Virus record (IMG/VR): IMGVR_UViG_3300028630_000295
Strand: one strand, 5' to 3'
Length of the DNA: 64,000 bases
Source of the DNA: an uncultured virus (IMG/VR IMGVR_UViG_3300028630_000295)
Taxonomy: Duplodnaviria; Heunggongvirae; Uroviricota; Caudoviricetes
Shown: positions 1 through 10,315 of the stretch, one piece after another
How positions within the stretch are numbered: the first letter of the stretch is position 1
Layout: every line of letters begins with the position of its first letter
Translations under genes and position numbers: made by a program
Notes under the pieces: model-generated
What the model was told of the DNA's origin: nothing
What the model saw: the letters and a program-made list of their open reading frames with translations, nothing else
The model's database searches: none

Positions 1-705
1 ATTGAACCATTCTTGAAAATCCCTCCTGCTGGAAAAGATAATTTTAAAATAGTGTTTATTGATGAAGCAGACTTTCTTACGGATGCTAGCTTTAAATCTC
101 TTAGAGGTATTATTGAGGCATACCATGAGCAAAATAGATTCGTATTAACATGTAATTATCTTTCAAAGATTCCAGATCCTGTTCAGAGTAGATTTCAAAC
201 ATATATGTTCAAGCAGATGCCAATTGACTTTGTAGTTGATTATTATAAGAAAATGTTAGATACAGAAAATATTAAATATAGTGAAGATGATATCAAATAT
301 ATTATTGATGGGGTTTATCCAGATGTAAGAAAAGGAGTTCAGATTTTACAACAGAGTTCTCATAGTGGAACACTAAAGATTAATAGAAATATTAGTCTTA
401 CAAATGAAAAATCTATTATAGGATCTGTTATTGAAATTGTAAACTATATTAAAAATGATGAAGTTCCAAAGATAAATAAAAGTGTAAATGATATTCTTAG
501 TATTGTATCTAATGAATATGATTTAGATTTTAGAAGTATTTATTCAAGTTTGTTTTATAGAAATGAAGTTCCAGTAAATGTAAAAATCATTGTCAATAAA
601 TATACAAACACGCATGGAGATTGTCTAATTCCGTCAATGCATTTTATGGCAATGATTTTTGAGGTTATTAAGTCTCTTCAAGAATATAAAAAATTGGTGA
701 AGTGA
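1..705 (+). CDS. Clamp loader (RFC small subunit / T4 gp44-like AAA+), 5' truncated by window edge
   Basis: Walker B IVFIDEAD, then SLRGIIE, RFVLTCNY and PVQSRF (sensor/SRC region); frame is open from base 1. Confidence 0.9.
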   Translation: MEPFLKIPPAGKDNFKIVFIDEADFLTDASFKSLRGIIEAYHEQNRFVLTCNYLSKIPDPVQSRFQTYMFKQMPIDFVVDYYKKMLDTENIKYSEDDIKYIIDGVYPDVRKGVQILQQSSHSGTLKINRNISLTNEKSIIGSVIEIVNYIKNDEVPKINKSVNDILSIVSNEYDLDFRSIYSSLFYRNEVPVNVKIIVNKYTNTHGDCLIPSMHFMAMIFEVIKSLQEYKKLVK

Positions 706-1043
706 TGGGTGTATTTTTATCTCCAAGAGAGCAGGAAGAAGCAAATAATCATATATCAAATGTTAATCGTGTTCTTAGAAATGATCCGGATGCTAGGTTT
801 TCTGTTTGTCCTAAATGTAGAGGAACAGGATTAACATCAAAACGTGGAGATGAATATTGGGATGGAAAATTTTGTGGGGAATGTAAAGGATTTTCTATAA
901 AAATAGAAAAATCTGGAATTTACTCAGTATGTAGTAAATGTAAAGGAGTTGGAAGAATTTTTGGTAGTGTTTGCCCTAAATGTGAAGGATATGGTCATCT
1001 CGATTGGTTAGAAAATATAACTGGTATAAGGAACAAAAAGTAA
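702..1043 (+). CDS. Small DnaJ-type zinc-finger protein (CxxCxGxG...W family)
   Basis: Four CxxCxG motifs ending in CPKCEGYGHLDWLENI. Confidence 0.75.
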   Translation: MMGVFLSPREQEEANNHISNVNRVLRNDPDARFSVCPKCRGTGLTSKRGDEYWDGKFCGECKGFSIKIEKSGIYSVCSKCKGVGRIFGSVCPKCEGYGHLDWLENITGIRNKK

Positions 1044-1044
1044 A

Positions 1045-2022
1045 ATGATATATGACGATAAATTTATTCAGTATTTAAAAGATTCACTCGGAGAACCTGT
1101 TAGAGTGAAATCTAAGAATATAATTTGTCGTTGCCCTTGGTGTGAGTTTGGCCAAAAGAAAGATCATTATCATTTATATATTTCTACAGAATATCCAATC
1201 TTTCATTGCTTCCATTCTGATTGTCAAGCAAGTGGAACACTAAGAAAATTATTTAAAAAAATTGAAGGTAAAGACATATCTGAAAAATATGTAGATATTG
1301 AAAAAGTTAAAGAGTATGCAAAAGAAAGAGTTAGGGTTCAGGAGAACGAAGTTACTATAAAGAATATGTTTCTTCCTCCAATTAATGAGGACGAATTTAA
1401 ACTTAAAAGTTTATACATGAGAGAAAGATTGAAATTTTCAAACATAAGATTACAAGATATTAAAGGCTTAATATTTGATGTTAAACAATTTTTAGATGTA
1501 AATAAAGTTGTTATTGATGAAAAAATGTTCAGGATGATTGATTATCTACATCAAAATTTCGTTGGTTTTTTAACTGAAAATCAATCAGTTGTTATCTTTA
1601 GAAATATAGATAGAAAATCTAGTTTCAATCACTTCAAGTATCAAATCCAGGAAAGTAATTTTTTAGATTATTATAAAATTAGCGGTAACAATATTAATAG
1701 TAATAATATTGTTTTAGCTGAAGGTGTCTTTGATATATTTTCAGAAAGTATTTTTGATTCTATAGGAATAAAAAATAACACAAGATTATATGCTAGTGCT
1801 CTATCAACATCATATGAATCTCTAATAAAATCAATAGTTTTTCACGAGCAAGAATTTAAACTGAATGTATCTATACTTTCAGATAGTAATATGGAATTAG
1901 ATTATTATAGAAAAATAAAAAGATTTAATAAACACATTATAGAAAGTTTATCTGTTTATTATAACAAGAGTGGAAAAGATTTTAATGTCACTCCAATTAA
2001 TCCTGAAAAATTTATCCTGTAA
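1045..2022 (+). CDS. DNA primase (zinc finger + TOPRIM)
   Basis: N-terminal CPWC...H...FHCFHSDC; VLAEGVFD; ILSDSN; GKDFN. Confidence 0.8.
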   Translation: MIYDDKFIQYLKDSLGEPVRVKSKNIICRCPWCEFGQKKDHYHLYISTEYPIFHCFHSDCQASGTLRKLFKKIEGKDISEKYVDIEKVKEYAKERVRVQENEVTIKNMFLPPINEDEFKLKSLYMRERLKFSNIRLQDIKGLIFDVKQFLDVNKVVIDEKMFRMIDYLHQNFVGFLTENQSVVIFRNIDRKSSFNHFKYQIQESNFLDYYKISGNNINSNNIVLAEGVFDIFSESIFDSIGIKNNTRLYASALSTSYESLIKSIVFHEQEFKLNVSILSDSNMELDYYRKIKRFNKHIIESLSVYYNKSGKDFNVTPINPEKFIL

Positions 2023-2424
2023 ATGGAGATTCTGTGTATGAAGAAGGCAAAAGAGAAAATTGTAGAACTATTTGACAAGACAGTTAAGAATGGTGAGGTT
2101 TACGATGGTGATCTTGAAAATGTTAATTATTTTGCTTTAATGTGTAAAGCAAAAGAAGATTATATGTTTAAGATTGGTCAATGCAATGGTTGTATGTTTA
2201 AATATAAATATGATGGGAAAACCTCTGTTCTATTTATATTCTCAATGCCTATAAACCTCAATACAGATAACGGACAAGACAATAAACATATATCCGAAAG
2301 GGTTATTGATATTGTCAGGATGCTTGAAGATTGTTTCGTAACAATTGATTATTTAAACTCAGTAGAGAGTAGGGAAGATAAGTTTGTATATATCACAGCA
2401 GTGAAAAAAATAGCAAAAAAGTGA
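2023..2424 (+). CDS. Hypothetical protein
   Basis: ORF packed in the operon; likely start at second Met (2038) after GGAG. Confidence 0.6.
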   Translation: MEILCMKKAKEKIVELFDKTVKNGEVYDGDLENVNYFALMCKAKEDYMFKIGQCNGCMFKYKYDGKTSVLFIFSMPINLNTDNGQDNKHISERVIDIVRMLEDCFVTIDYLNSVESREDKFVYITAVKKIAKK

Positions 2425-2436
2425 AAGGAGAATTAA

Positions 2437-3192
2437 ATGAGACAGCTAAATCTTGATTCAGCGAAATTTGAAGTATTTCTAAGGTGTCTTTCCCTTATGA
2501 AAGATATTTGTAATGATGTGGATATTCGTGGTGGAAAAATTAGACAAAGAAGTAATGACCATTCAGTTATTTTTGAAATGGATCTGACTCCTTTGATTTC
2601 TGATATGAATATTCCAATTACAAAACTAAAAGAGAAACTTGAGTTGTTTAAATGTTTTGCTGGAAATGATGTTGATGTTACTGATGATGAAAAGTATTCT
2701 GTTGCAGACCAGATTTCTTTAATTTCTTTCAAGAGACCACTTCTTACTCTAATTGATAATCAGTTTATTAGTGAGGAAGAATTTGCAAGTTTATTTACTC
2801 TTGAAGAAAGTGATATTATTCTTAGTTATAATATTCCAACCATGGTTTCTGAAAGAATGAGAACAGTAACACAGGGATTCAATGTTAATAATGTAGTCGT
2901 TGTATTTGAAGGAGAGAGAGCTTCAATTACAGCAAAGACAATTTCTAAAGATCAGTTTGCAAAATTTGTTGGTGATATTGTTGTTGAAGATGAAAAGAAT
3001 TGTTCATCTAATTTGATTGTAACACCATTTATTATTGACCATGATGGAGATATGTCTTTTTCAATGTATGAAGTCAGAGAAGGGCATTCAATCAATAAGT
3101 TCGCAACATCAATTGGAGATGTTTCTATTAATGTTTATGGAAGATCATCACTTATTGAAACCGAAAATGAAGACGAGGAAGGAGAAGACTGA
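2437..3192 (+). CDS. Probable sliding clamp (gp45/PCNA-like)
   Basis: 251 aa, acidic; helix then beta-strand pattern (FLRCLSLMKDICNDVDI..IRQRSNDHSVIFEMDL); near clamp loader and primase; AAGGAG RBS. Confidence 0.55.
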   Translation: MRQLNLDSAKFEVFLRCLSLMKDICNDVDIRGGKIRQRSNDHSVIFEMDLTPLISDMNIPITKLKEKLELFKCFAGNDVDVTDDEKYSVADQISLISFKRPLLTLIDNQFISEEEFASLFTLEESDIILSYNIPTMVSERMRTVTQGFNVNNVVVVFEGERASITAKTISKDQFAKFVGDIVVEDEKNCSSNLIVTPFIIDHDGDMSFSMYEVREGHSINKFATSIGDVSINVYGRSSLIETENEDEEGED

Positions 3193-3509
3193 TGGCTGAT
3201 GTACCGGCAGGATACAGTAAAAATGTAGATAGAGTTGGTGATTGGGATGTATTTGCAAAAGATATGCATGATTACATTGCCAAAAATACAGTTACAAAAT
3301 ATGGTCAGGATTCATTTGGTTTTGACCTTATGAGTATTACTGAACCAAGAGTTTGTATTTGGAATATTATCAGATATGCTCTAAGGTGTTGGAATGGAAA
3401 GGGAAAAAAGAATGACCTGCATAAAATCTGTCATTATGCTCAAATGGCATATACTTTGAGTAATGGTGATTTAAGTAAAGCTGGAATTGATAAAGATGCA
3501 ACTCATTAA
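3192..3509 (+). CDS. DUF3310-like phage protein
   Basis: WNIIRYALR..GKGKKNDLHKICHY resembles the NxIKYxxR...K...DLxKAxxY pattern. Confidence 0.55.
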   Translation: MADVPAGYSKNVDRVGDWDVFAKDMHDYIAKNTVTKYGQDSFGFDLMSITEPRVCIWNIIRYALRCWNGKGKKNDLHKICHYAQMAYTLSNGDLSKAGIDKDATH

Positions 3510-3702
3510 GAATGGTTGGGTTTGGATTTCTTGGAGATGGGCAAACAGAAATGATTTTGCTGCGGCAGTTGATGTAAAAGAAGGAATAATAACTGAAACT
3601 CCACCTGTCTTATATAAGTTTAAAGGACAACCAATAGATAATTTATACAAATGGCTGAAATCAAAGAATCTTATTTGGATAGAATATAAAGAGGATGTAT
3701 GA
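3487..3702 (+). CDS. Hypothetical protein
   Basis: Overlapping operon ORF; start uncertain. Confidence 0.5.
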   Translation: MIKMQLIKNGWVWISWRWANRNDFAAAVDVKEGIITETPPVLYKFKGQPIDNLYKWLKSKNLIWIEYKEDV

Positions 3703-3872
3703 TGACATTTATTGTATGGTGTGTATTTTTCTTTACTCTTACTCAGTTGGGATACAGATATAATAGTCCAGAATTTTGGGCTATAATTTGTAGTGTTGCT
3801 GCTATTCTATTAGAGGATTCTATTAGAAGAGATAGGGAACAAAATAAGAAGGAGAAAGAAAGTGCATCCTAG
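3699..3872 (+). CDS. Small predicted membrane protein (57 aa, not in ORF track)
   Basis: Manual translation MMTFIVWCVFFFTLTQLGYRYNSPEFWAIICSVAAILLEDSIRRDREQNKKEKESAS; ATGA overlap with upstream stop; GAGG RBS; fills the gap exactly. Confidence 0.6.
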   Translation: MMTFIVWCVFFFTLTQLGYRYNSPEFWAIICSVAAILLEDSIRRDREQNKKEKESAS

Positions 3873-5016
3873 TTCTATATTGAGTTATTATCCTTCCTAT
3901 GCAATTTTAGATGAAATTCTTTCTTATTCAAATTATGATACATTGAATATCTATATAGATTTGAAGAATAACCTACAGACATTATATATGCAGCATGCAA
4001 TAGTTAATGTTGTAGAATCATCTTTAAAATCTAGATATATAGATACGTCAATTTTTTCATCTATTATTTCATTTTTATCTTTTCATAAGATGTATGCAAT
4101 ACGTCGAAAAAATCTGAAACTCAATTTTTTTATTTTCTTTGAAACTGGAATTTCATATTTTCATACTAATCTATGTAGGAAATATAAACTTAATAGAAAG
4201 ATTGATGATCTATATGGTTTAGAAAAAGAGAAAAGAGATTTGTTTTATAAGATTCTTCAAAAGAATTTACAACTTACAGAGAGTGCTTGTAATAAAATTC
4301 CAGATATTAAAGTAATAAGATTACAAAATCTGGAAGCTGATTTTATTCCATATTATTTAGTATCTAGAAATTTGGTAGATACTTCTCCAAATGTAGCTCA
4401 TGTAATATATTCAAATGACCATGATATGTTACAATGTATAAATGATAATGTTTATGTATTTCAAAAGACTATGAAGGGAGTTAAGAGAGTAGTTAAAAAA
4501 GGGGAAATAATGTCCTCTTATTTTAAATATGAATCTAAATATCCCGATGAATATTTTCCCTTATCTATGGCTATAGTTGGAGATCAAGGTGATTGTGTAG
4601 ATGGTGTAAAAGGGATTGGTGCAAAGAGGTTAGAAGAGGTATTGGAAGATGTAGTTAAAATGACAAATGGTATTAATAACTTATATGATAATGTGATAAA
4701 TTCTAAACCAATCTTTGTACATAATACAGAAAAAACACAGAACAAATATATAAATATGATACTAGAAAAGGAAAATTCTGAAAATTTAATAAGTAGAAAC
4801 CTTAAATTGGTATCTTTTGAGATTCTATCTAGATTTTTAGATAATCCATCTAGTACAGAAATATTAAATAAGAAGAAATATATAAATGAGATTCTTCAGA
4901 GTACTGATATAGCAGAATATGAATCTCTGAGTAGAGCGCTGTCAATGAATAGAGTATACTTAGAAGAAGATGCTCTTTTAGCTTTATATTATAATTACAA
5001 TGGAGGATACTCCTAA
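3862..5016 (+). CDS. 5'-3' exonuclease / flap endonuclease (T4 RNase H-like)
   Basis: LEADFI, SNDHDMLQ and GDQGDCVDGVKGIG (H3TH) motifs. Confidence 0.85.
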   Translation: MHPSSILSYYPSYAILDEILSYSNYDTLNIYIDLKNNLQTLYMQHAIVNVVESSLKSRYIDTSIFSSIISFLSFHKMYAIRRKNLKLNFFIFFETGISYFHTNLCRKYKLNRKIDDLYGLEKEKRDLFYKILQKNLQLTESACNKIPDIKVIRLQNLEADFIPYYLVSRNLVDTSPNVAHVIYSNDHDMLQCINDNVYVFQKTMKGVKRVVKKGEIMSSYFKYESKYPDEYFPLSMAIVGDQGDCVDGVKGIGAKRLEEVLEDVVKMTNGINNLYDNVINSKPIFVHNTEKTQNKYINMILEKENSENLISRNLKLVSFEILSRFLDNPSSTEILNKKKYINEILQSTDIAEYESLSRALSMNRVYLEEDALLALYYNYNGGYS

Positions 5017-5735
5017 TGCTAAATGATGGAAAGGTTCTTAGCTATGTAAAACAGAACCTGGGTTTTCCTTTTATGTTTATTGAGCTTTCTGATGATCAAA
5101 TTCTTGATTATATTAAGGAATTTACAATAAAGGAATTTTCGTATTACTTTCCAGACACAAACACAATTGGGTTAAATCTACAGATTACAAGTAATAAAGT
5201 TCCTGGAAAAGGAAACGAATGGTATATTGAAGATGATCGTGGATTAGAAATTCTTAATGTAAAAAATCTGTATTTTTCAACAAGTAACTATATTATGTTT
5301 GGTCATCCACCTCTTGGACCAATGAGTCTTGGAGAACTTGGATCTTGGGCATTAGATGTTGAAGTTGCTGGTTGGATAAAGCAGTTTTCTAGTTGGGATT
5401 ATACACATGAATTTAAGGCACCAAATATTATAAGAATTTCTCCAACACCAAACAGTGAAAATTGGGTTGCTGTAGAATATGAAAGAATGCATCCACCCGA
5501 TTTTTCAAAAATTCCAAATGATCTTCAACATCATTTTCTTGAGTTGTGTCTTGCAGATATAATGATCATTATTGGTCGTGCAAGATCAAGATATGCGGAT
5601 GGAAATATAAAGACCCCTTATGGAGAAGTTCCATTGATGGGAAATATATTTCAAGAAGGACAAGATAAGAAAAAAGAAATAATTGATAAGTTGACAGCAG
5701 GAAGTCTTCCCAATGTTTCAATTGATATTGGGTAA
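5016..5735 (+). CDS. Neck / head-completion protein (T4 gp13-like)
   Basis: N-terminal YVKQNLGFPFMFIELSDDQI resembles gp13 (YIxxxLGxPxIxVELTxDQI). Confidence 0.65.
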   Translation: MLNDGKVLSYVKQNLGFPFMFIELSDDQILDYIKEFTIKEFSYYFPDTNTIGLNLQITSNKVPGKGNEWYIEDDRGLEILNVKNLYFSTSNYIMFGHPPLGPMSLGELGSWALDVEVAGWIKQFSSWDYTHEFKAPNIIRISPTPNSENWVAVEYERMHPPDFSKIPNDLQHHFLELCLADIMIIIGRARSRYADGNIKTPYGEVPLMGNIFQEGQDKKKEIIDKLTAGSLPNVSIDIG

Positions 5736-5753
5736 ATAATATACTGAAAGGAA

Positions 5754-6611
5754 ATGAAAATGACGGATAGTAATATTTCAATTTTTGGTTCTGGTTATGT
5801 AGGTGGGGCAATTTATCATGGATTATCTCCATTCTACAATATAAAGATTTATGATAAGTATAAACCTGGTTATAATGGTTTGGAAGAAACGATTGATTTT
5901 TCAAGATATATTTTTGTATGTGTTCCTACACCAGTTAATGTAGATGATAACACACAAGATTTATCTTATATAAAAGATGCTGTTTCAACCATTGAAAGCA
6001 AAGCTAAGGAGCAGAAGGTTATTATTTTAAAGTCTACTGTTCTTCCTGAAACAACCAGAAAACTTCAAAATAATTCTTCACATTTATTTGTATTCAACCC
6101 AGAATTTTTAACTGAAAGAAATTACATTTTTGATTTTATAAATCAGGGAAGAATTGTACTTGGTGGAGATTATTCTTATTCTGAAGTTTTGGATGAAGTC
6201 GAGAAACTATATAAAGTAAAATTTCCTCATACTCCTGTTTTGAAAACTACGTTTGAGGCAGCAGAGTTATTAAAATATGCATGTAATTGTTATTTTTCAA
6301 TGAAGATTTCATTTATGAATGAGTTGTACGATATATGTTTAAGAAAGGACATAAAGTTTGAAGATATTAAAGTTGGGATGTTGGGTGATCAAAGAATAGC
6401 AAATTCTCATATGGAAGTTCCTGGTTTTGATGGCCAGAGAGGCTTTGGAGGAAAATGTTTTCCAAAAGACCTTAAGTCTTTTATTACATGGGCTAAAACT
6501 AATAATTGTAATGTTGATATGTTTGAAGCTACAGATAAAGTAAATGAAAGAGTTAGAACTGTAAAAGATTGGTTAGAGATTAAAGGTGCTACTAATAATA
6601 GCTGTTATTAG
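5754..6611 (+). CDS. UDP-glucose/GDP-mannose dehydrogenase family, short form
   Basis: GSGYVG Rossmann motif, VCVPTP, LKSTVLP, FNPEFL, catalytic GFGGKCFPKD; lacks the C-terminal domain. Confidence 0.9.
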   Translation: MKMTDSNISIFGSGYVGGAIYHGLSPFYNIKIYDKYKPGYNGLEETIDFSRYIFVCVPTPVNVDDNTQDLSYIKDAVSTIESKAKEQKVIILKSTVLPETTRKLQNNSSHLFVFNPEFLTERNYIFDFINQGRIVLGGDYSYSEVLDEVEKLYKVKFPHTPVLKTTFEAAELLKYACNCYFSMKISFMNELYDICLRKDIKFEDIKVGMLGDQRIANSHMEVPGFDGQRGFGGKCFPKDLKSFITWAKTNNCNVDMFEATDKVNERVRTVKDWLEIKGATNNSCY

Positions 6612-6620
6612 GAGGAAACA

Positions 6621-7214
6621 TTGCAAAAGATTTATGTAGGACTGGACTTATCTTTAAATGGGACGGCAATTGTTGTAATTGATGATAAAGGAAAAATTTT
6701 ATCACAATCTAGATTTAAAACAAAACCAGTTGATTTAATTGAGGATAGATTATTTTTTATAGCTAATCAGGTTTTAAATGTTTTATCGACTATAAAAATA
6801 GAAAGATTATATATTGAAGGATTGTCTTATGCATCTTCTGGACAATCAACTATGGAACTTGCTGGATTACATTATGTAGTCAGATGTTTCATTGCTCAAA
6901 AATATGGTGTTGTTTATAAACTTGTAGCACCACCATCGTTAAAGAAGTTTGTTAGTGGTGTTGGAAATTGTAAAAAGAATTTGATGCTTTTATACGCTTT
7001 CAAAAAGTTTGGTGAAGAATTTGATGATGATAATATTTGTGATGCTTATTGTCTTGCTAGATTAGCATTAGATGAAGAAAAACGAGGCTTATCTCCAGTG
7101 AATATCCCAATTATAAAAGGAAAGAAAAAACAAAGATTTTTAAATAATGGAAATGGACACAATCACTTCAGAGGCAAAGGCGGAGGAGAAATACAAAATG
7201 GAAAAACTCAATAA
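6621..7214 (+). CDS. RuvC-like Holliday junction resolvase
   Basis: VGLDLSLNGTA, YIEG, LKKFVSGVGNCKK, DDNICDAYCLA. Confidence 0.85.
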   Translation: MQKIYVGLDLSLNGTAIVVIDDKGKILSQSRFKTKPVDLIEDRLFFIANQVLNVLSTIKIERLYIEGLSYASSGQSTMELAGLHYVVRCFIAQKYGVVYKLVAPPSLKKFVSGVGNCKKNLMLLYAFKKFGEEFDDDNICDAYCLARLALDEEKRGLSPVNIPIIKGKKKQRFLNNGNGHNHFRGKGGGEIQNGKTQ

Positions 7215-7677
7215 TTATTTAACCTATTTACAAGAAGGAATATCTGTTGGAGTATATGATGTAAATGTTGATATGTATAATATTAATAATATTGTTGTAA
7301 TGAATGTTAAATCATCAAGATCAAAGGGTGTTTTTGCATATCCTTGGTTTGTTGTATTATTTACTAATGAATCATATAACGATTTCAAAAAAGGAAAAGA
7401 TATAGATAAGGTTTATTTATCTACATCGCTTCCAACATATTATAAAATTACAAATAAACTAGATTCTTTGGTACCAATAGAAAGTGGGCAAGCAGTAGTA
7501 GAACCGTCAGTTGGATTAAGGGGTATGAGTTCAGTATATCAATTTAAAGGAATTTCTTTTTTACAAGGAAAACACATTAGAATTGAAGCTAGACCATTTC
7601 TGAGTCAAGGAAAATTTCTTATTCCATTTCTTGGTCCACTTTTATTTGACTTGAAAGCATCAATTACTTTTGTATAA
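7198..7677 (+). CDS. Hypothetical protein, possibly virion-associated
   Basis: Start reassigned to ATG 7198 after GGAGGAG; begins MEKLNNYLTYLQE. Confidence 0.55.
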   Translation: MEKLNNYLTYLQEGISVGVYDVNVDMYNINNIVVMNVKSSRSKGVFAYPWFVVLFTNESYNDFKKGKDIDKVYLSTSLPTYYKITNKLDSLVPIESGQAVVEPSVGLRGMSSVYQFKGISFLQGKHIRIEARPFLSQGKFLIPFLGPLLFDLKASITFV

Positions 7678-8500
7678 TTGGAGATACATTAGAATGTCCA
7701 AATTTATTGTAGTTCTTCATGAAGCAAAACGAGCAGGAAAACATTGGGATTTGAGGTTTCAAATGCCCGATAGTCATAACTGGGCTAGTTTTGCTTTTAA
7801 AAAGACTGCTCCAGATTTAGTTAAAGAAAATCAAAAGGTTGGTATTTCACGAACACATGACCATTCTGAAAAAGAAGCATTATTTATTGGAACAATTGAA
7901 TCTGGATATGGTGCTGGAGTTTTACATAAATATGATTCCGGTACTTGCGATGTATTAAAATTTAACTCAAAGAGTATGAAAGTTGATTTTCATGGTAGTA
8001 AATTAAAGGGTGTATATAACTTTGTTCAAATAAAAAATTTTGATAAAAAAGCAGACGCTAGTAGATACTTATTTTACTTAGGAAAAGAAATAAAGGAGAG
8101 TATGGATATGAAGAAAAAAACAGATGATCTAGACAAATTGATTGAACAATATTTGGGTGATGAAGGTCAGGACGTAAAAGATAAACAACCAAATGAAGAA
8201 AATGAATTAAAGGCAGGAGAAGAACCTGAGGATCTGGAAGGTGGAAAACTGAGGGCAGATGTAGTAGATGAACTTACCGAAGAACTTCTCAATAGCGAGG
8301 AATTTGACTATTTATCTGAAAGTGAAAAAAAATGGATCCAGGGCGCAATTAAACATCCAGGAGCTCTTCATAGAGCACTGAAAGTTAAAAAGGGAGAAAA
8401 AATTCCTGCTAAAAAATTGACAGTAAAACCTGGTGATAGTACTAAATTAAAGAGGATGAAAACATTAGCGAAAACCTTGAAAAAGATGAGAAAAAAATAA
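7670..8500 (+). CDS. LigD-type 3'-phosphoesterase domain fused to an acidic/basic tail
   Basis: HEAKRAGKHWDLRF, WASFA, THDHS, FIGTIESGYGAG and D.G are PE-domain motifs; C-terminal KKWIQGAIKHPGALH basic module. Confidence 0.75.
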   Translation: MYNWRYIRMSKFIVVLHEAKRAGKHWDLRFQMPDSHNWASFAFKKTAPDLVKENQKVGISRTHDHSEKEALFIGTIESGYGAGVLHKYDSGTCDVLKFNSKSMKVDFHGSKLKGVYNFVQIKNFDKKADASRYLFYLGKEIKESMDMKKKTDDLDKLIEQYLGDEGQDVKDKQPNEENELKAGEEPEDLEGGKLRADVVDELTEELLNSEEFDYLSESEKKWIQGAIKHPGALHRALKVKKGEKIPAKKLTVKPGDSTKLKRMKTLAKTLKKMRKK

Positions 8501-8566
8501 GAATCTAATTTTGAATCTAGGAACAAAAATATCCAAGGGAATAATATAAGAAGGAGTGAGTGATAT

Positions 8567-10315
8567 ATGTCAAAGAAGATTACGTTATCAGAGAACGCAT
8601 TAAAGGTAGCAGAATCGAGATATTTTATGCCAGGAGAAGACTGGGAAAAATGTGCTCTAAGAGTAGCGACCTCAATTTCTGTTGCCGAAAATGGAAAGCA
8701 GGATGAGTATAAAGATAAGTTTTTTGAAATGATTTACAATATGGATTTTCTTCCGGGAGGAAGAATATTACGAAATGCAGGGAGACCCAGAGGAACTCTT
8801 TTCAATTGTTTTCACTTGCCCATTGGTGACTCAATAGAAGAAATTGGGCAGTTTTATAAAGACGCTTTAGTGCTTTGGTCTGATGGTGGTGGAGTTGGTT
8901 GTAACTTTTCATCCCTTCGACCAAGAGGTGATTCAATCGCTGGAAAAGGTGGAGTATCATCTGGTTTAGTAAGTTTCATTGAAGCTGCAGATAATATTGC
9001 TAAAACCATTGAAAGTGGTGGAGCAAGAAGAGCTGCTGCATTAGCTGGTGTTGATGTATCGCATCCAGAAATTATGGATTTTATTGATGCGAAAACAGTT
9101 CATAATAGAATGTCACATTTCAATATTTCTGTAGCTGTGACTGAAGATTTCCTATCCGCAGTTGAAAGTAATGGAATGTGGGAACTAAAATTCAAGCAAA
9201 AAAGTTATGGAACAGTTCCTGCTAGAAGTATTTGGAATCAGATCATTAATAATATGGTTAAGTGGGGAGAACCTGGATTACTAAATTGGAATAATCTAAC
9301 TAAAAATAATTCATATTATTATGATCCAGTAAGGGGGACTAATCCTTGTGGTGAAGCAGTACTTGCACCATACGATGTTTGTGATTTAGGTTCTCTAGTT
9401 CTTCCAAATTTTATTACTGGAAATATTAATACAAACTGGCAGAAACTAGAAAAAACTATTAAACTAGCTGTTAGATTTTTGGATGATATTATTGATGTAA
9501 ATAAATATACTATTAATGAGATCTCAATTAAAGCTCATAACTCTAGACGAATTGGTGTTGGTGTTATGGGTCTTGCTGAATATCTATTCGCAAAAGAATT
9601 GAGATATGGTTCAGAAAAAGCATTAGCAGAAATTGAAAGATTAATGAGATTTATTAGGGATTCTGTATATCAGGCATCAATTGAATTAGCAGTAGAAAAA
9701 GGAGCTTTCCCGAAGTTCGATCCTGTTGCTTATGGCAAAGCTTCATTTATTAGAAAACTTCCAGTATCACTAAGAATGGATATTAAAAATAAGGGTGTGA
9801 GAAATGTAACATCAATGGCATTTGCTCCTACTGGAACGACTTCACTTCTTCCAGAAGTTTCAAGTGGAATAGAACCTCTTATTGCTAAAGCATATAGGAG
9901 ACAAGATAGAGTAGGTGAAAGAGTTTATGTTCACCCAAAATATAAACAACTAATTACAACAGCTGGAGTAATTCCTGATTGGTTTGTTGATGCAAAAGAT
10001 CTTACTCCAAAGGATCATTTTGAAACACAATGTCTAATTCAAAAGTATGTTGATGGGGCAGTTTCTAAGACAATCAATATGCCTAAAGGAACTACCACCG
10101 AACAACTAGACAAACTTCTTCTTGAATATGCTAGAGATCTAAAGGGTGTAACTGTTTATGTTGATGGAAGTAGGGAGGTTGAAGGACAAGTTTATATGTC
10201 TATGACTGAAGAAGAAGTTATTGATTGGATTGTAAATAATCCAGATGGAATTCTTACTAATTTTTCAGCAGAGGATATTGAGTGCAATTGTCAAAAACCA
10301 GTAGAGGAAAAATAA
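8567..10315 (+). CDS. nrdJ: Class II (adenosylcobalamin) ribonucleotide reductase
   Basis: PGGRIL, LFNCF, TNPCGE, CDLGS, RRIGVGVMG, APTGT, AVSKTIN; no ATP cone; no R2 gene adjacent. Confidence 0.85.
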   Translation: MSKKITLSENALKVAESRYFMPGEDWEKCALRVATSISVAENGKQDEYKDKFFEMIYNMDFLPGGRILRNAGRPRGTLFNCFHLPIGDSIEEIGQFYKDALVLWSDGGGVGCNFSSLRPRGDSIAGKGGVSSGLVSFIEAADNIAKTIESGGARRAAALAGVDVSHPEIMDFIDAKTVHNRMSHFNISVAVTEDFLSAVESNGMWELKFKQKSYGTVPARSIWNQIINNMVKWGEPGLLNWNNLTKNNSYYYDPVRGTNPCGEAVLAPYDVCDLGSLVLPNFITGNINTNWQKLEKTIKLAVRFLDDIIDVNKYTINEISIKAHNSRRIGVGVMGLAEYLFAKELRYGSEKALAEIERLMRFIRDSVYQASIELAVEKGAFPKFDPVAYGKASFIRKLPVSLRMDIKNKGVRNVTSMAFAPTGTTSLLPEVSSGIEPLIAKAYRRQDRVGERVYVHPKYKQLITTAGVIPDWFVDAKDLTPKDHFETQCLIQKYVDGAVSKTINMPKGTTTEQLDKLLLEYARDLKGVTVYVDGSREVEGQVYMSMTEEEVIDWIVNNPDGILTNFSAEDIECNCQKPVEEK

